DNA of 64,000 nt from Hormiphora californensis (Eukaryota > Animalia > Ctenophora): assembly GCA_020137815.1 (NCBI GenBank), contig CM035352.1, forward strand, positions 1,054,001 to 1,118,000. Reading direction: 5' to 3'. The position numbers and the translations under genes are program-made. The notes beneath the pieces were generated by a model. It did no database searches. It was given only the letters and a program-made list of their open reading frames with translations, and had not been told where the DNA came from. Shown piece after piece: positions 1 to 12,500 of the stretch; positions within the stretch are counted from its first letter, which is position 1; each line of letters begins with the position of its first letter.

Positions 1-1787
1 TTATCATATCCAGTATCCATCAATGAATCGTTCCATGAGGTCACAGCCAGTCTATTGACACACAACTAACTCGGTAGATTCCTATCCGGCTGGGGTTCAG
101 TTGTAATAAATTCCGTCTTGAGTTGGCCCTCTTGTGAAGAGTTTCTGTCACGTCTAGCTGCTTGGTTTCTGCTTGTTGGGAACAATGGAATACGAACGAT
201 TTCTTAGTCTGAAATGGTTTCCGTTTTGAAAACGAAAGATAGCTTCAAGGATATTATAATGTACCTAGCATTTATTTAGCAATATATATATAGAACAACA
301 AATATAATTTCTTATCATGTTTTACCATCTCTTCTAATCACTTTGTAATGTTATACCTACCTATGCAATGATCTCAATTCTTTCTCTCTTCTATTCTTTC
401 TCAACATCTCTCAATGGTTCTAATATGGAGGTCTCAAATCTCTTCAAGTTTTCAAAAGTAACTTGTGCTCCTCCCAGCTCTCTTACTACTTGTATCTACC
501 TCTAATTAAATTTAGATCAACAACTACTCCTGACGATAGTCAATTATATTATGGGCACAAATAGATCTGGATCTTCGTGTTATCAGCACGATGGGAAGTA
601 ATATTCCTGGCACATACGGGACAGAATAAAATATGTAATACCTCAGCTCTCTCAGCTCTCTACATATGCAGCTCCAAATTTATTTCTCTCCCTCTATCTC
701 TCTCGATATTTTTCTCCCAATCTCCCAATGCAATCCTCTCTCTGTACTCTGCACCTGATCACGCTATTATACTATTCTGCATGTGTTTTTAAACTACATA
801 ACCAACTTGGACAGCCAACCCAATCAATCAATTACAGTTAGGCCGATATATATGGAAGTTCTAAATCGGTAAGATTGAATTCCCTAATTCCAAAATCCAA
901 ATATTATATGAGCCTTTATCTATGTCTCTTTTACTCTCTCTCCGCCTTAGCTCTCTGTATCTCTTTCTTTCTCTTTCTCTCTTCTCTGTACCTCTTCTAC
1001 CTCTTTTTCTCTGTCCCTAGTAGGGACTTCAATTCCTACCTCTCTGTATCGTTATTCTCCATCTCTCTTCAACCTCTCTCTGCCTGTGTTTCTCTAACCC
1101 CTCTTTTTCTCTATTTTGATGAACTTGGGGGCAACTTTGTTACTGAATACACTAGTCGGAGGGAGTGCAACTCAACAAACTACTCTGCACGTGCTCCAAC
1201 ACGTACGCCACCCCAATCAAAAAGGGTAACTTTATAATATACGTTTCTACTTAACTATACCCGTCAACAAGTCCGATTATGGGGCCTCCATGCTGTACGC
1301 AATATGAAGGTGTAGCTCCTAATAATACACACCCAACTGTCGTACCACTAGATAATAGCTCAGATATAATGCACTAACCAGGGTGACTAAGTGCAACCGT
1401 AGACCAAGAGTAGACCAAAACAAACACATCTATATTATGGGGTCAGAACGATAATGTATCACTTACAATGCCACGTAACGACTATCGGTTAAACATATCT
1501 ACTCGACTACTCATTCTACCTAGTACTACGTATATTATATATCTTACTAAACTGAGAGAAGGGGGAAGATCGAGTGAAGCCTGTCGACACTATCAATGTC
1601 AAGCATAGTTCGGGCAGAGGTTCCAGGTAGAGATTCCATGTAGATCAGAGCAAGGCTGGAGAGCAACGAAGGTTGGGCTGGTAATCTGAGAACTGACAAC
1701 TCTGCTCCAGAGCTTCCTTAAGTACTTTTTCTGGCCCATTGTTTCCACAAGCGCATTCCTCCACGCTCCAGGTCGTGGTATGTACCG

Positions 1788-1821
1788 CGATATTTTGGAC
1801 GCGGCCGCGTCCAAAACATCG
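1788..1821. repeat. Short palindrome (perfect 24-bp core TTTTGGACGCGGCCGCGTCCAAAA)
   Basis: 1793-1816 is its own reverse complement and extends to 1788-1821 with one mismatch. Short CGTCCTCACGACCATAT direct repeats follow at about 1864-1903. Confidence 0.85.
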
Positions 1822-2133
1822 TCGTTTCTCCATTCTATTACATGTTTGGGACGACAAAATCATCGTCCTCACGACCATATATTCATCGTCCTCACGACCA
1901 TATATTCTTCGTCCCCGCAATGTTATTCCATGATAATAAGACGAAGAATTTAGACTTTGTAAACCAAGAAATAATCGTCGGACGACGAAACAGACTCACG
2001 CGATTGTAACCAAGGGAACGGGCAGGAATGATGAGATCATTCTCTGGAAAGGGAAGTGGCTATTCCGGTTCCTCTGCACGCGTTCCCGCGTACAGCCGCA
2101 ACAAAATGCAAATGTTAGGAAGTAGAAGTGTGT

Positions 2134-2179
<46 letters not shown>

Positions 2180-2221
2180 CGGACTGCTGACCGTGCCTGG
2201 CTAATAAGTTTTTTTCTCCAG

Positions 2222-2306
2222 GTGTAACGATGCAGATGCCAACTGGCCTGTGGGGTGGACGGCAACAGTTCAATGTGGCACAAGGAGAGAACAACCGTGT
2301 GTGTAG
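2222..2306 (+). CDS. Possible terminal coding exon of an unidentified gene
   Basis: Good acceptor TTTTTCTCCAG followed by CNDADANWPVGWTATVQCGTRREQPCV*. Upstream exons could not be assembled. Confidence 0.25.
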
Positions 2307-3380
2307 GACTCTGGGTGTCGCCTGTCATAACGGGATTATTCCTGTGTTGGCGAAGCCCTTGAATGAGTGTTTGAAATATTTGAACTTTCATTGTTTTCCG
2401 TACTCATTTTAAATGTTGACCACGATAAAAAACTAATAATTCTTCGCCCATCTGACATCTCTTTCTTTTAGTAATGTGATTAATATTGTTGTTTGCATAA
2501 TTCTATTTACTCGACAAAATTACTCGTATTTAAATTTGTTACAAACATTGATTTATCGGTGGTTACACAGTGCAGTGGCCTGGGACGGTAGCAAATAGCG
2601 ATGATCAATTGTCGCTTCAATCTTTTGTGCGAGAGAAACAACAACTGCCGCCAACGGGAGTTGTAGCTCAACACTCGCTCTGTACGTTCATGTAGCGCGC
2701 GGTAACCAAATTGTTATAACAATCAACTTGCTAGTTGCGCGGGAGTATTTGGTACGCGCAAAAAGAACCCGCGCGAAAATTAAGAAACGCGCAGCACGCG
2801 CCGCTCTGGGTGTAATGACTGAGTAAAGACTGTGTAAACTCTGTGTAAACTCTGAACTTTTTTAGGGATCCCTATAGGCCAACCCGGTTTGTTGTTTTTA
2901 CTTTTTTCTAAAAAAAATTCTAACCATGCTTGATTAATTCACATGGCACTTGGAGGACAGAGGGCCACTAACCACTTAGACAAAACCTAAGAGGCAGTGG
3001 CTGCTCGAAACTTTACTTGTTTCTTACACTGGTGTGGCTACGCGACCCATCTGAGCGCACTGTCGAGAATCAAATGGGGTATGGCGCCGCCATACAGGAA
3101 AGAAAGGACGTTGTGTAAAGCTATAAATATTTCATCTTGCCAAGGGGAGCTAACACGAATACCAGCATTTTGCATGGAAAATGTTATTGAGCTTGAACTA
3201 GTATCTTGATAGAAAATATTGTAATACACAATAACTTTTGATAAGAGAGTGGCCAAACGTTTATGAGGCACATTATAATCGAGGTCGCCGGCCGTACATC
3301 ACCCGTCTTCTCCTATCTTTTGATAGGTAAACTTAGTGAAATAATGCAGTTAGTTATACATACAATAGTTAGTCATTCTC

Positions 3381-5316
3381 TCAAAAGTCTTTGTTCAGAA
3401 CTTCAACCTCAAGGCGATGGCCCGGCAGAATTCTCGCAATATCCTTGTCATTTCGAATGATAATATCAGGCAACTTCCTCACACAAGAGATATCTCTCCT
3501 GTTAATTTCCAACTCGGCACACAAAACTTGTAAGAGCTCGTCATAGTTTGAACCCAATTCAGATCGATCTAATTCGAAAAACTCTTTATCGGTACAGAGC
3601 CTGATTTTTACGGCGTTCACTGAAACGTTTGTTGGTTATTTACTCAAAATACTGCCTATTCATGGAGTGATCTAAAAGCTGATCCAATCCCTACCTTCTC
3701 TACTCTGAAAGTCGATGCCTTGTTCCATATTTGAAATGTTAATCGTATATCGATCCGAAGTTCCCATAGAAGATCCCAAAGATGTAACACCAGAAGAAGA
3801 ATTCCGACTCCACATTGATTTTTCTGAAATTCATATGAAAATTTGTTTGAAGAAACTACAACTTAATTGAGTTTTTGCAATCATTACCTCTTACTACCGA
3901 TGGTTTCTCGTAATGATGATCGTTATTCGAAAGAGTTCCCTCTTTATCTGCATGAAACTCGACATATTCTGGCTCCTTCGCTACAAACTGAAAGGGTCAA
4001 ATCTTCGGTAATTTGATAGATACTATCTCGTGTTTGTAACAGTTTGTAAACACTGTCGATTTAAGAATATGGAGGATGCAGGAAGTATGCAGGAAGTACC
4101 AACAATACCAACACTGACATAAAGTACATACCGGTTCTCCTAGCGGGTCATGATCCAAGTCGAAGGTAAGGTGTTTATCAGTTGCTGTACTACTCTCACT
4201 TTCTGTGTCACTGTCACTCTCTTCAATCGACTGTATGTCCTTTAATATCGGACTAATACTGGAGTACGGGGTTACTTTTTTCCCGTCCTGGCTCATCCCA
4301 CCTTTACTGATCTCCACCTCTACTTGACCTAGTAATTCCCGGTAGTTTTCATCGACCAGTAGCTCAATGGAGCTCTCAGTATGGTACGCTTCACTCATTT
4401 CCAATAGTGTACAATTCAGAAGAGACCTGGATAGAATGGATGTGTATTTGTCAGTGAGTATTCGTCAGTACATGGGGTGTCAGAAAGAGAAAAGGGTGAG
4501 ATAACAGTTGGCGTCTGATAACCACTGCAGATCTTACCCTCTAAGTAGAGTGTAAGAATGTCCCTATTTTATGATTGTACAATTACACAGCCCACTTACA
4601 TGAAAGATTGTTTTCCCTGTTTGAATACCTCCCCGTTAATAATCCACAGGAATGAAGAACGCTGGGTTTGGTCATCACATTGGAATACGTAACTCCTTAG
4701 AGATATATCATCCGAGCATATCTTAAACTCATTTTTCAACCCAGCCTCTGCCCTAAAGATTGTATCAGATAAGGGATCTGATCTTGGAACAAAATTTTTA
4801 ATATCTTCTCTGGCTGCTAATCTCACACACACACACACACACGCCCTACTGATCAACAGACAGGCAGATCACGGTTGTGGAAGAATGGTTTGGTTAAATA
4901 TCATGAATGAGATCTGTTCAGGATTAAATAGGGATCTGATCGTCCCAAGATTTATCAATGTTTGTTTCCAGTTATAGTTACCTGGTACCGGGACCGAGTT
5001 CGATTCTTCCAACCTCCTTTGTTTGTCTACAGTATGTGATGTAACTCTCAAATACGTGGAGCTTCCTTGTTTGATCTGTCAGAGAGAAAACAATTTTTTA
5101 TTCAAACCCTTTTTATTTTTCAAACGGGGAAACAGGGTCGAACAATGCAAAGGAAACAATGGTTTGTGAAAACCAAAACAACAGCAAATCAAAATAAACA
5201 CCATGTTTACATTTCGTTGAGTAAAGCTTGTGTTGTTTCTTTACTGAGGCACTGTATATTGATTTGGGGGCTTCATATATCTCCTCCTTGGGCGTCAGAG
5301 TTCTCCGGAGAGACGC
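3381..5316 (-). CDS. Multi-exon protein with N-terminal PH-like domain and C-terminal ANKRD40-C-terminal-like domain (5' end uncertain)
   Basis: Phase-compatible GT-AG exons at about 5076-4982, 4821-4600, 4427-4132, 3987-3888, 3823-3695 and 3619-3381. PH-like: LSKKQHKLYSTKYQTRKLHVFESYITY..EVGRIEL..SYVFQCDDQTQRSSFLWIIN. The last exon KIRLCTDKEFFELDRSELGSNYDELLQVLCAELEINRRDISCVRKLPDIIIRNDKDIARI resembles the ANKRD40 C-terminus (FIEIELDRQELTYQELL..KIRKLPNTLLRKDKDVARL, from memory). The 5316-5210 exon needs a homopolymer frameshift or an internal acceptor. Confidence 0.75.
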
Positions 5317-5568
5317 CTGATAGAGGTGTGGTTTAGATGGGAATCAAATACAGGGGGAAGTGAGAGACGCCTGATAGAGGTTGGTGTGTGGTTTAGATGG
5401 GAATCAAAAAGGGAACAAGCTCAAAACATCAATCGATAACAAATGAGTTGCACCTTGCTGTTCTTGGATTTTGTTATTTTGACGAGATTTACTAGCAGCA
5501 GCAACGTTTCATTAAAAAGAAAGTGGAAAAGTTGGCTTCATTTGTTTCCTACTACTCGTCGCTCTCTT

Positions 5569-5608
<40 letters not shown>

Positions 5609-5829
5609 CTCTCTTTCTTCTACACCTTCTACTACTCAAAGTTAGTTTTTTTCTTCATTCTGCGATCATCCTGAGACAACCAATCGCAACATTGGATGTG
5701 TGTGTGTACCGAGAAGGAGATATAATACCGTTTTTATAATGATATCCTGTCAGATAGCGAATACTAACACATGTAACTTTGTATTGTAGGAATGACATAG
5801 GGGTGAAGAGGTAGAGCGTGAGGGTTAAT

Positions 5830-8800
5830 ATGAACGGGGTGAAAAAACTGGTTACAACTGAGCATTGGATCAGGGTAAGTGTTCTCAACTATCGCTTTAT
5901 CTCTCTTTCTTTTGATCCCTCTAAGCTATATCTCTTTCTTTCTCTCCTTCTCTATCTCCATTCTTTCTCTCATTCCATCCCCTCAGGACCATGGGTTACG
6001 TGCTCGAAAGTTGACACGAGAACACATCCTGAAGAGAATAGGATTCAAAGCGGCTTCAGGTTATGTTGGCAGTCTGAAGAAGAGTGTGAAGTCACGTTAT
6101 AGTTTGGAAATGTATAACTCGGTGAAGGATGGCAACGGGGACAGTATTTATGTAAGTTGTATATCATCTGTTCTATTTTGTTAATTTATCCTCCCGGTAT
6201 AGGATCGGGGTTCCAGTAATTCGGGGCTACTTCCTTTAGTACATCTGTTTACAACCCTCCATTCCCCAGCTGACAGCACGAGTTGAGGATTTAGTAAGAG
6301 AGGAAGAGAGTTTACAAACTCTGATTGGTTCACTAAATGATCGGTTAGATTGGATAACGTCAGGGAGCAGAGAGAAACTAGGTGTCCTGACTGAGCAGCG
6401 AGTTGTTATAATCATGGATAGCTATCTGCCTAGTCATGCTGAATTTGGGGAGTTTTGTGGGACAGTGGCTGGGTTTATACGAGAGCAAGCTATTGAGATC
6501 ACATCGTTTGATATTATCAGGTTAGAACATATCTTTTAAATTGTTAGACTCTGCACGGTGTCCCTTAAGGAGGTGAAACCTCGACTAGAATAAGTTTTTT
6601 GGAGACCGGACCTAGGTTACGTATTTTTGACCGAGGAATCCGAAAAACATAAAATTAAAATCGAAAACGTAGCGGTTTTTGCGTAAAACGGCAAAAACTG
6701 TCATTTTTCAGCGATTTTCGACTTTTTACGCTTTCTAGAGATTTTAAAAATATTTGCTTACAAAATATGATCTTGTGCTTCTAGACTAATAAAATACAAT
6801 CGATTTGCTACAAATTGGTCCCGGGTTTGTGTGATTTGGTCAAAAGCTCTCTTTACTGTGGCCCATCAAAGATGGCCACTCTGCAAATACGTATTTGGCT
6901 CCTGTGGCTGCAGATGTAAACCAAAAGAAGATTTATTATACACTAAAATTTGCGTCTTCTCAAGGCGAACAACCTGGTTTTTACGACATTCCATTTCATG
7001 CAGGCGTTGAGGAGTTACAGCTGAAAAACTGGTACAGTGGATTTTGGAAATACCCCTACTTCAACAAACCCTAATCCAGATAAGATTTCGAAAAATATAC
7101 ATCTGCATACATGAAAATGAAGCTCAGGCAAATGCCAACGTGATGCAAAAAACGGGAAGTGTCTAACTTATTTCGTTTAGAAGCTATAGCCAAAGTAAAA
7201 GTGCTTATATTTGCCTTGAAAATACACTCTAAAAACCATACTTTTAGACAATTTCTGACAATTTCAAACAAATTCTGTCCACAGGGGGCTAAGTTGGTGC
7301 ACTGGAGGTGACATTTCATTCGTATTGCATTTTTAGACAGATTTGCTGTTTTTCAGGGCTTTTAGAGGGTGTTTTCAAGGCAAATATAAGCACTTTTATT
7401 GTGGCTATAGCTTCTAAACGAAATAAGTTAGACACTTGCCGTTTTTTGCATCACGTTGGCATTTGTCTGAGCTTCATTTTCATGTATGCAGATGTATATT
7501 TTTCGAAATCTTATCTGGATTAGGGTTTGTTGAAATAGGGGTATTTCCAAAATCCACTGTACCAGTTTTTCAGCTGTAACTCCTCAACGCCTGCATGAAA
7601 TGGAATGTCGTAAAAACCAGGTTGTTTGCCTTGAGAAGACGCAAATTTTAGTGTATAATAAATCTTCTTTTGGTTTACATCTGCAGCCACAGGAGCCAAA
7701 TACGTATTTGCAGAGTGGCCATCTTTGATGGGCCACAGTAAAGAGAGCTTTTGACCAAATCACACAAACCCGGGACCAATTTGTAGCAAATCGATTGTAT
7801 TTTATTAGTCTAGAAGCACAAGATCATATCTTGTAAGGAAATATTTTTAAAATCTCTAGAAAGCGTAAAAAGTCGAAAATCGCTGAAAAATGACAGTTTT
7901 TGCCGTTTTACGCAAAAACCGCTACGTTTTCGATTTTAATTTTATGTTTTTCGGATTCCTCGGTCAAAAATACGTAACCTAGGTCCGGTCTCCAAAAAAC
8001 TTATTCTAGTCGAGGTTTCACCTCCTTAAGGGACACCGTGTCTGCTACATGTACTAAATACGTAGATTGTATATTTTATCTTGTACCCTTATGACAATCG
8101 GGTGTTGCCATAGGGCAACAAGAATTAGTCAGAGAAAATAGGGTGTAGGTCGCATGTGTTTAGTCATGGCATCAAAGAAAATCAATAAGAAATTCTTTTG
8201 GGGAAAGAAAAAAGAAGGGGAAAGAACAAAAAGGAAAAAAAAGGAAGTCCCCAAAAAAAACAAAAAAAAAGGGAAAAAAAAAGAAAAAAAAGGAAAGGAA
8301 AAAGGAAAAAGAGAAAAAGCAAGAGAGAGAAGGAAAGAAGAGGAAGGGGAGAGAGAGGGGAGGGAGGAGAGGGGGAAGGAGGAGGAGAGAAGAGAGAGGA
8401 GAGGAGAGAGGAGAGGGGGGAGAGGAGAGAGAAAGAGAGGGGAGGAGGAGAGAGGAGAAAAAAGGGGAGCGGGGGAGAGGGGGGGAAAGGGGAAGGAGAG
8501 GAGAAGAGAGAGGAGGAGAGAAAAAAGAGAGAGAGAGAGGAGAGAAGAGGGAGAGAGAGAGAACCGGGGGGGGGAAAGGGGGGAAAAGAGGGGGAAGAGC
8601 GAGGGGAAAAGGGGGGCGGGGAGGGAGGCCCAGGAGAAAAGGGGGATCTTTTTTTCTCCTCCCTTTCTCCTCTTTCCGCCCCATCCCCCCTTTTTCACTT
8701 TACACATCTAACTGTCAGGGCGGCCCGATTTACATTTATACAGTTGCGGGGAGAGCGAGGACGTTTCGAAGGATACATTGACAAAGTCGCCTTGACTAAG

Positions 8801-9561
8801 TCGCAACCCCTGTTTAAAAAAACCAAAAAGAGAAAACTCGCTCAAGCACTTAATGATGCTGTAAGTTAAAAACTGAAGTTCTTGATTTCTTCCTGCAGCC
8901 ATCATAATAATATCTTGTATGTACTTTTCATATTGTCTTGAACTGACTAAATAATTCCTTTTAGTTGCGGGTACCATGTATTGACGGAGTATATGTCTTG
9001 ACTCATGGCCAGCCCCCTAACCTCACTTCGCACGAGTATCTAGCGAGACTGGTGAGCAAACAAGCACTCTCTTTTTAGTTTTTCTGTCACTGCGTGCTGC
9101 TAGCATGCTGTCACTCACTCATCTCCATGAATCAAAATGAAGCACTCACACGTGCCTATCAAGACATGTTAAGGAAGGGAACGCGCGCGGGCCACACAAC
9201 ATGCAAATATCAAAAGTTAAAGTTGTCAGCTTGTGCGCTGCGCGCGCTCAGTTCCCTCCTGGGAAAGTGAGGCGCGCAATGTAATGTTGCCATGGCAACC
9301 ATTCCGAGAGAAGGATATTTATTGACCTGTCAACCTGTCTCACGACTACGATTCATCAACAGGCGAAGGATAGTCCAGTGCCTGTCAATACGAGCTCATT
9401 TGGTGACGTTGATCCAGTGTTCTCTTCTCTTTTGACTGAACTTTCAGCTAACACGGGCGGCAGGTATGTTGTGGTGTTTTAGTTTGGGCCGTTACCATAG
9501 AACCCTGTACGATAACTCATGCAGTTGTTGTGTGTGCTCTCCCTCTCTCTCTCTCTATCCC

Positions 9562-9599
<38 letters not shown>

Positions 9600-12500
9600 C
9601 CCATCTCTCTACCAGGTGGCACCGATACACCGCAATGAAGGGTTCGGAGAGCAGGGACACTGTGTTGCTGCAGGGAGAACTCAGTAGTGCAAGGGATATG
9701 TTGGCTGAGGTCACAGCTCTGCGCTTGGAACTGGAACATAGCAATGGTAAGCTAGGGGCTGTATTGATGATATCAATGGTCATTGACCTAGTGGACGTTA
9801 AATATCTGGAAAAGGTTCGGGAGAAAGTGATGGGGTGGGAGAAAGTGATGTACTATTAAACGGACTATAATATTCAAGAGGTGACCCCAATTCTCCATCT
9901 CTAGAACCGAGAATGCCGCCCGTTCCTAGTACACCACCCTTCCACCCGCTCTGAGCGAGACATGAGCTCTACAGAGTGGCTCGCTAACCACGGACTACGT
10001 TGTGCCTCTGCCCGGTTCTACTGATGCTCTGGCACCCCAGGCCTTTCAAACACTGTGACAAGATAGTTCAGAGGAGCAGAGGGGGATAGCAAGGTTGTCA
10101 ATGCAAAGTACTGTCAGAGGTTCGCACATGTGAAGTAAGTATTGGACACGATTGAGCTCATGTGGATGGGGAGAGGAACCTCTCAGGGGGCCTTTGATCG
10201 GGGGTTCTCTTGGCTATCACTATCATGATGCATTTATTCAACAATATGAATATTGAACAATCACATCATGCCTTTGAAACAATCTGATTTTATTCCCATT
10301 TTTCACTAAGTAATATTTCAGGTGGTGGGATGGCTCAGTGAAACATGTGATAATTAATAGCAACTTCTATGAGTCCTACAAGAGTAAAGTTCAAAAAATT
10401 ATCACAACAATCGAGAAAAGGTGGGGATTTTTACCAGTTAACTAATTAACTAATTAACAAGTTCACTAATTAATCAGTCAAATAATTGACCAGTTAACTA
10501 ATTGACCATGATTTGCAGGATAGAGCTAGTAGAGAAGAGCAGTAAGCGGCAATTTGGCACCCTCCTTGAGGACAATGTGTGTATTTTACTGGACACCTCT
10601 GATAGCATGGAACCCCACCTGGATACACTGAAACGAAGGTACAAAATAGTTGTTGTTGGGGGGGGGGGGGGGGTGCAACCATCATTTGAATTCTTCTTAG
10701 TTGAGTTCCAACTTCAAGTACAGGGCAAATTCTGAATAACCAAAACCCAACACGAACCCTCAACAGGCTAGAGCAGCTGATTACAGAGCAACTAAAATAC
10801 CGGGAAAAGTTCACTTTAGCCTCGTTCGGTTCAGATGTTCTACCATACTCCTATGATATGGTCCGGGTGACCCCAGAGAGCCTTCAGGAGGCATGGGTAT
10901 GTTTTACTTTCACTTTCAGTTTTATAATCTAAAGATGACACTTCGCTTGACTAGATTCTCTTTTATCTAACGCTATTCGTCAACAGGTTTGGTGTAACAG
11001 ACTAAAGTGTACTGGCTCCACTAACGTTATGTCCGCCCTAAAGTTCGCCCTCCAGCTTTCTGACGTTCAGGGGGTATATGTTCTTACTGATGGAAGTCCA
11101 GACTTTGTAAGTCCATGTTCTCCGTCCCTCTAGTCTCTCTGCTCTCTCCCAAAACCTCTCTGTCAGGCCAATGCTCTCCGCGTCTTATTTGAAAGAAATG
11201 AGAATCGAGTCATTCCAATTGTCTGACAGACACCTCTCTCTTTCTCTCTCCAACACCTCTCACCCACAGCCAGAAGATAGGATCCTACGTCAAGTGAAGC
11301 TCTACAAAGACACCCCAATACACATTATCTCATTCAACTGCAATGATCAATCTGCCAATGAGTTCCTGGCCACACTAGCCCAGGATACTGGTGCCAGGTA
11401 TGTCTGTTTAGACATAGTTTCTGCCATAGTGGAGTGTGTTTCTGTGAATTCTGTCACTTCACACTTGTCGTGATTGAGTTTTTGTTTTTACATCCCATGT
11501 TTCCATAATATCATGTTTTATCTGGGTTGTATTGGTTTCAGGTTCTACGTGGTCCGAAGTGACGAAGATACCGAATACACAGGCCCAGAGCCCTACCAGT
11601 CAAACGACATCAAACTCCTAAAACTAGAGATAGAAACTGCAGAGACGGATCTGAAGAAAATGAGAGAACTCCGGGGGGAGTGTGAGATCTTGGAATGGAA
11701 GTGTATCAAACCACCTGTACCAGCTGGGGAGAAGAAGAAATCAGGGCAGAGAAAACGGAAAATGGGGAGAAAACCAGACACATCTGATACAGAGAGTGTT
11801 GCAAGTAGCACGACCAGTGGAGGAGGAGGGAAGTTTAATGCTCAGAAGTGGTTGTCTAAATATGGTTTGGCTGCACAGAGGCTGACTATAATGGATGCCC
11901 TGGCACCCACCGTTATCACTCAGAACCCAAAATACGTCGGGATTCTGAAGAAGAAGGTCCATGCCAAGGTAAACTTGCTCTTTTCATTAGAACCTCTTCT
12001 GAGTTTTGTACTTCCCTCTGTTTGATGCTGACTCACCTCCCCTTCCCCCCAGGTATTTGAAGGTGTGATGCCCTTTACATTCCATAGCGCAGACACAACT
12101 GAGAGCCTCAAGTTTGTAAACCCATCAGCTGTGGATCTAGTCTCGTACGAAGACAAGGTCAAGAGAGCAATAGGGATGTATGATAGGAAGCTGGCTGGGG
12201 TTGTATGGAGGAGCCTGCCCGAGAAGAAGGGGCTCAAGGAGGAACCGAGGGTTTTCATGGAGCACAGGGAGATGTTGAGGTAGGTTGTTAAATCGATCTA
12301 CCCCCCCCCCCCCTCTTGTATGAAAAACCAACCTCCTCAGTCCTCACGGCTTACCAGAAAACCAATCCCCCACAACCATAACAACTAGTACCCACTCGTA
12401 TTATAGAAAGGCTCTTGATGGGGCAGGTTGGCCAGTTGCCAAGAAAACTATCCGACTTATGGAGGAAGAGATAGAGTTGGGCAACCTGTACCTCACGCAA

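Noticed and set aside
1-620. Minus-strand exons at the window start
   Set aside because: One open frame after an acceptor at ~209, but no recognisable product or consistent exon chain.
2568-2810. CpG-rich segment sharing short motifs with 43080-43290
   Set aside because: Only ~10-12-bp matches (GTAGCGCGCGGT, CAGTGCAGTG) were seen; probably an old repeat, but the boundaries cannot be supported.
6554-6582. True V(D)J-type RSS / ProtoRAG end
   Set aside because: Only the heptamer is similar; no ACAAAAACC nonamer at 12/23 spacing, the TSD is 4 bp rather than 5 bp, and there is no RAG-like ORF.
7071-7523. Two near-identical small ORFs on opposite strands
   Set aside because: A consequence of the foldback inverted arms; no transposase motif.
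8129-8869. K/E/R/G-rich and F/L/S/P-rich ORFs
   Set aside because: Purine-rich low-complexity tract, probably a badly called (AG)n region; only the last ~150 bp resembles a VWA3B exon.
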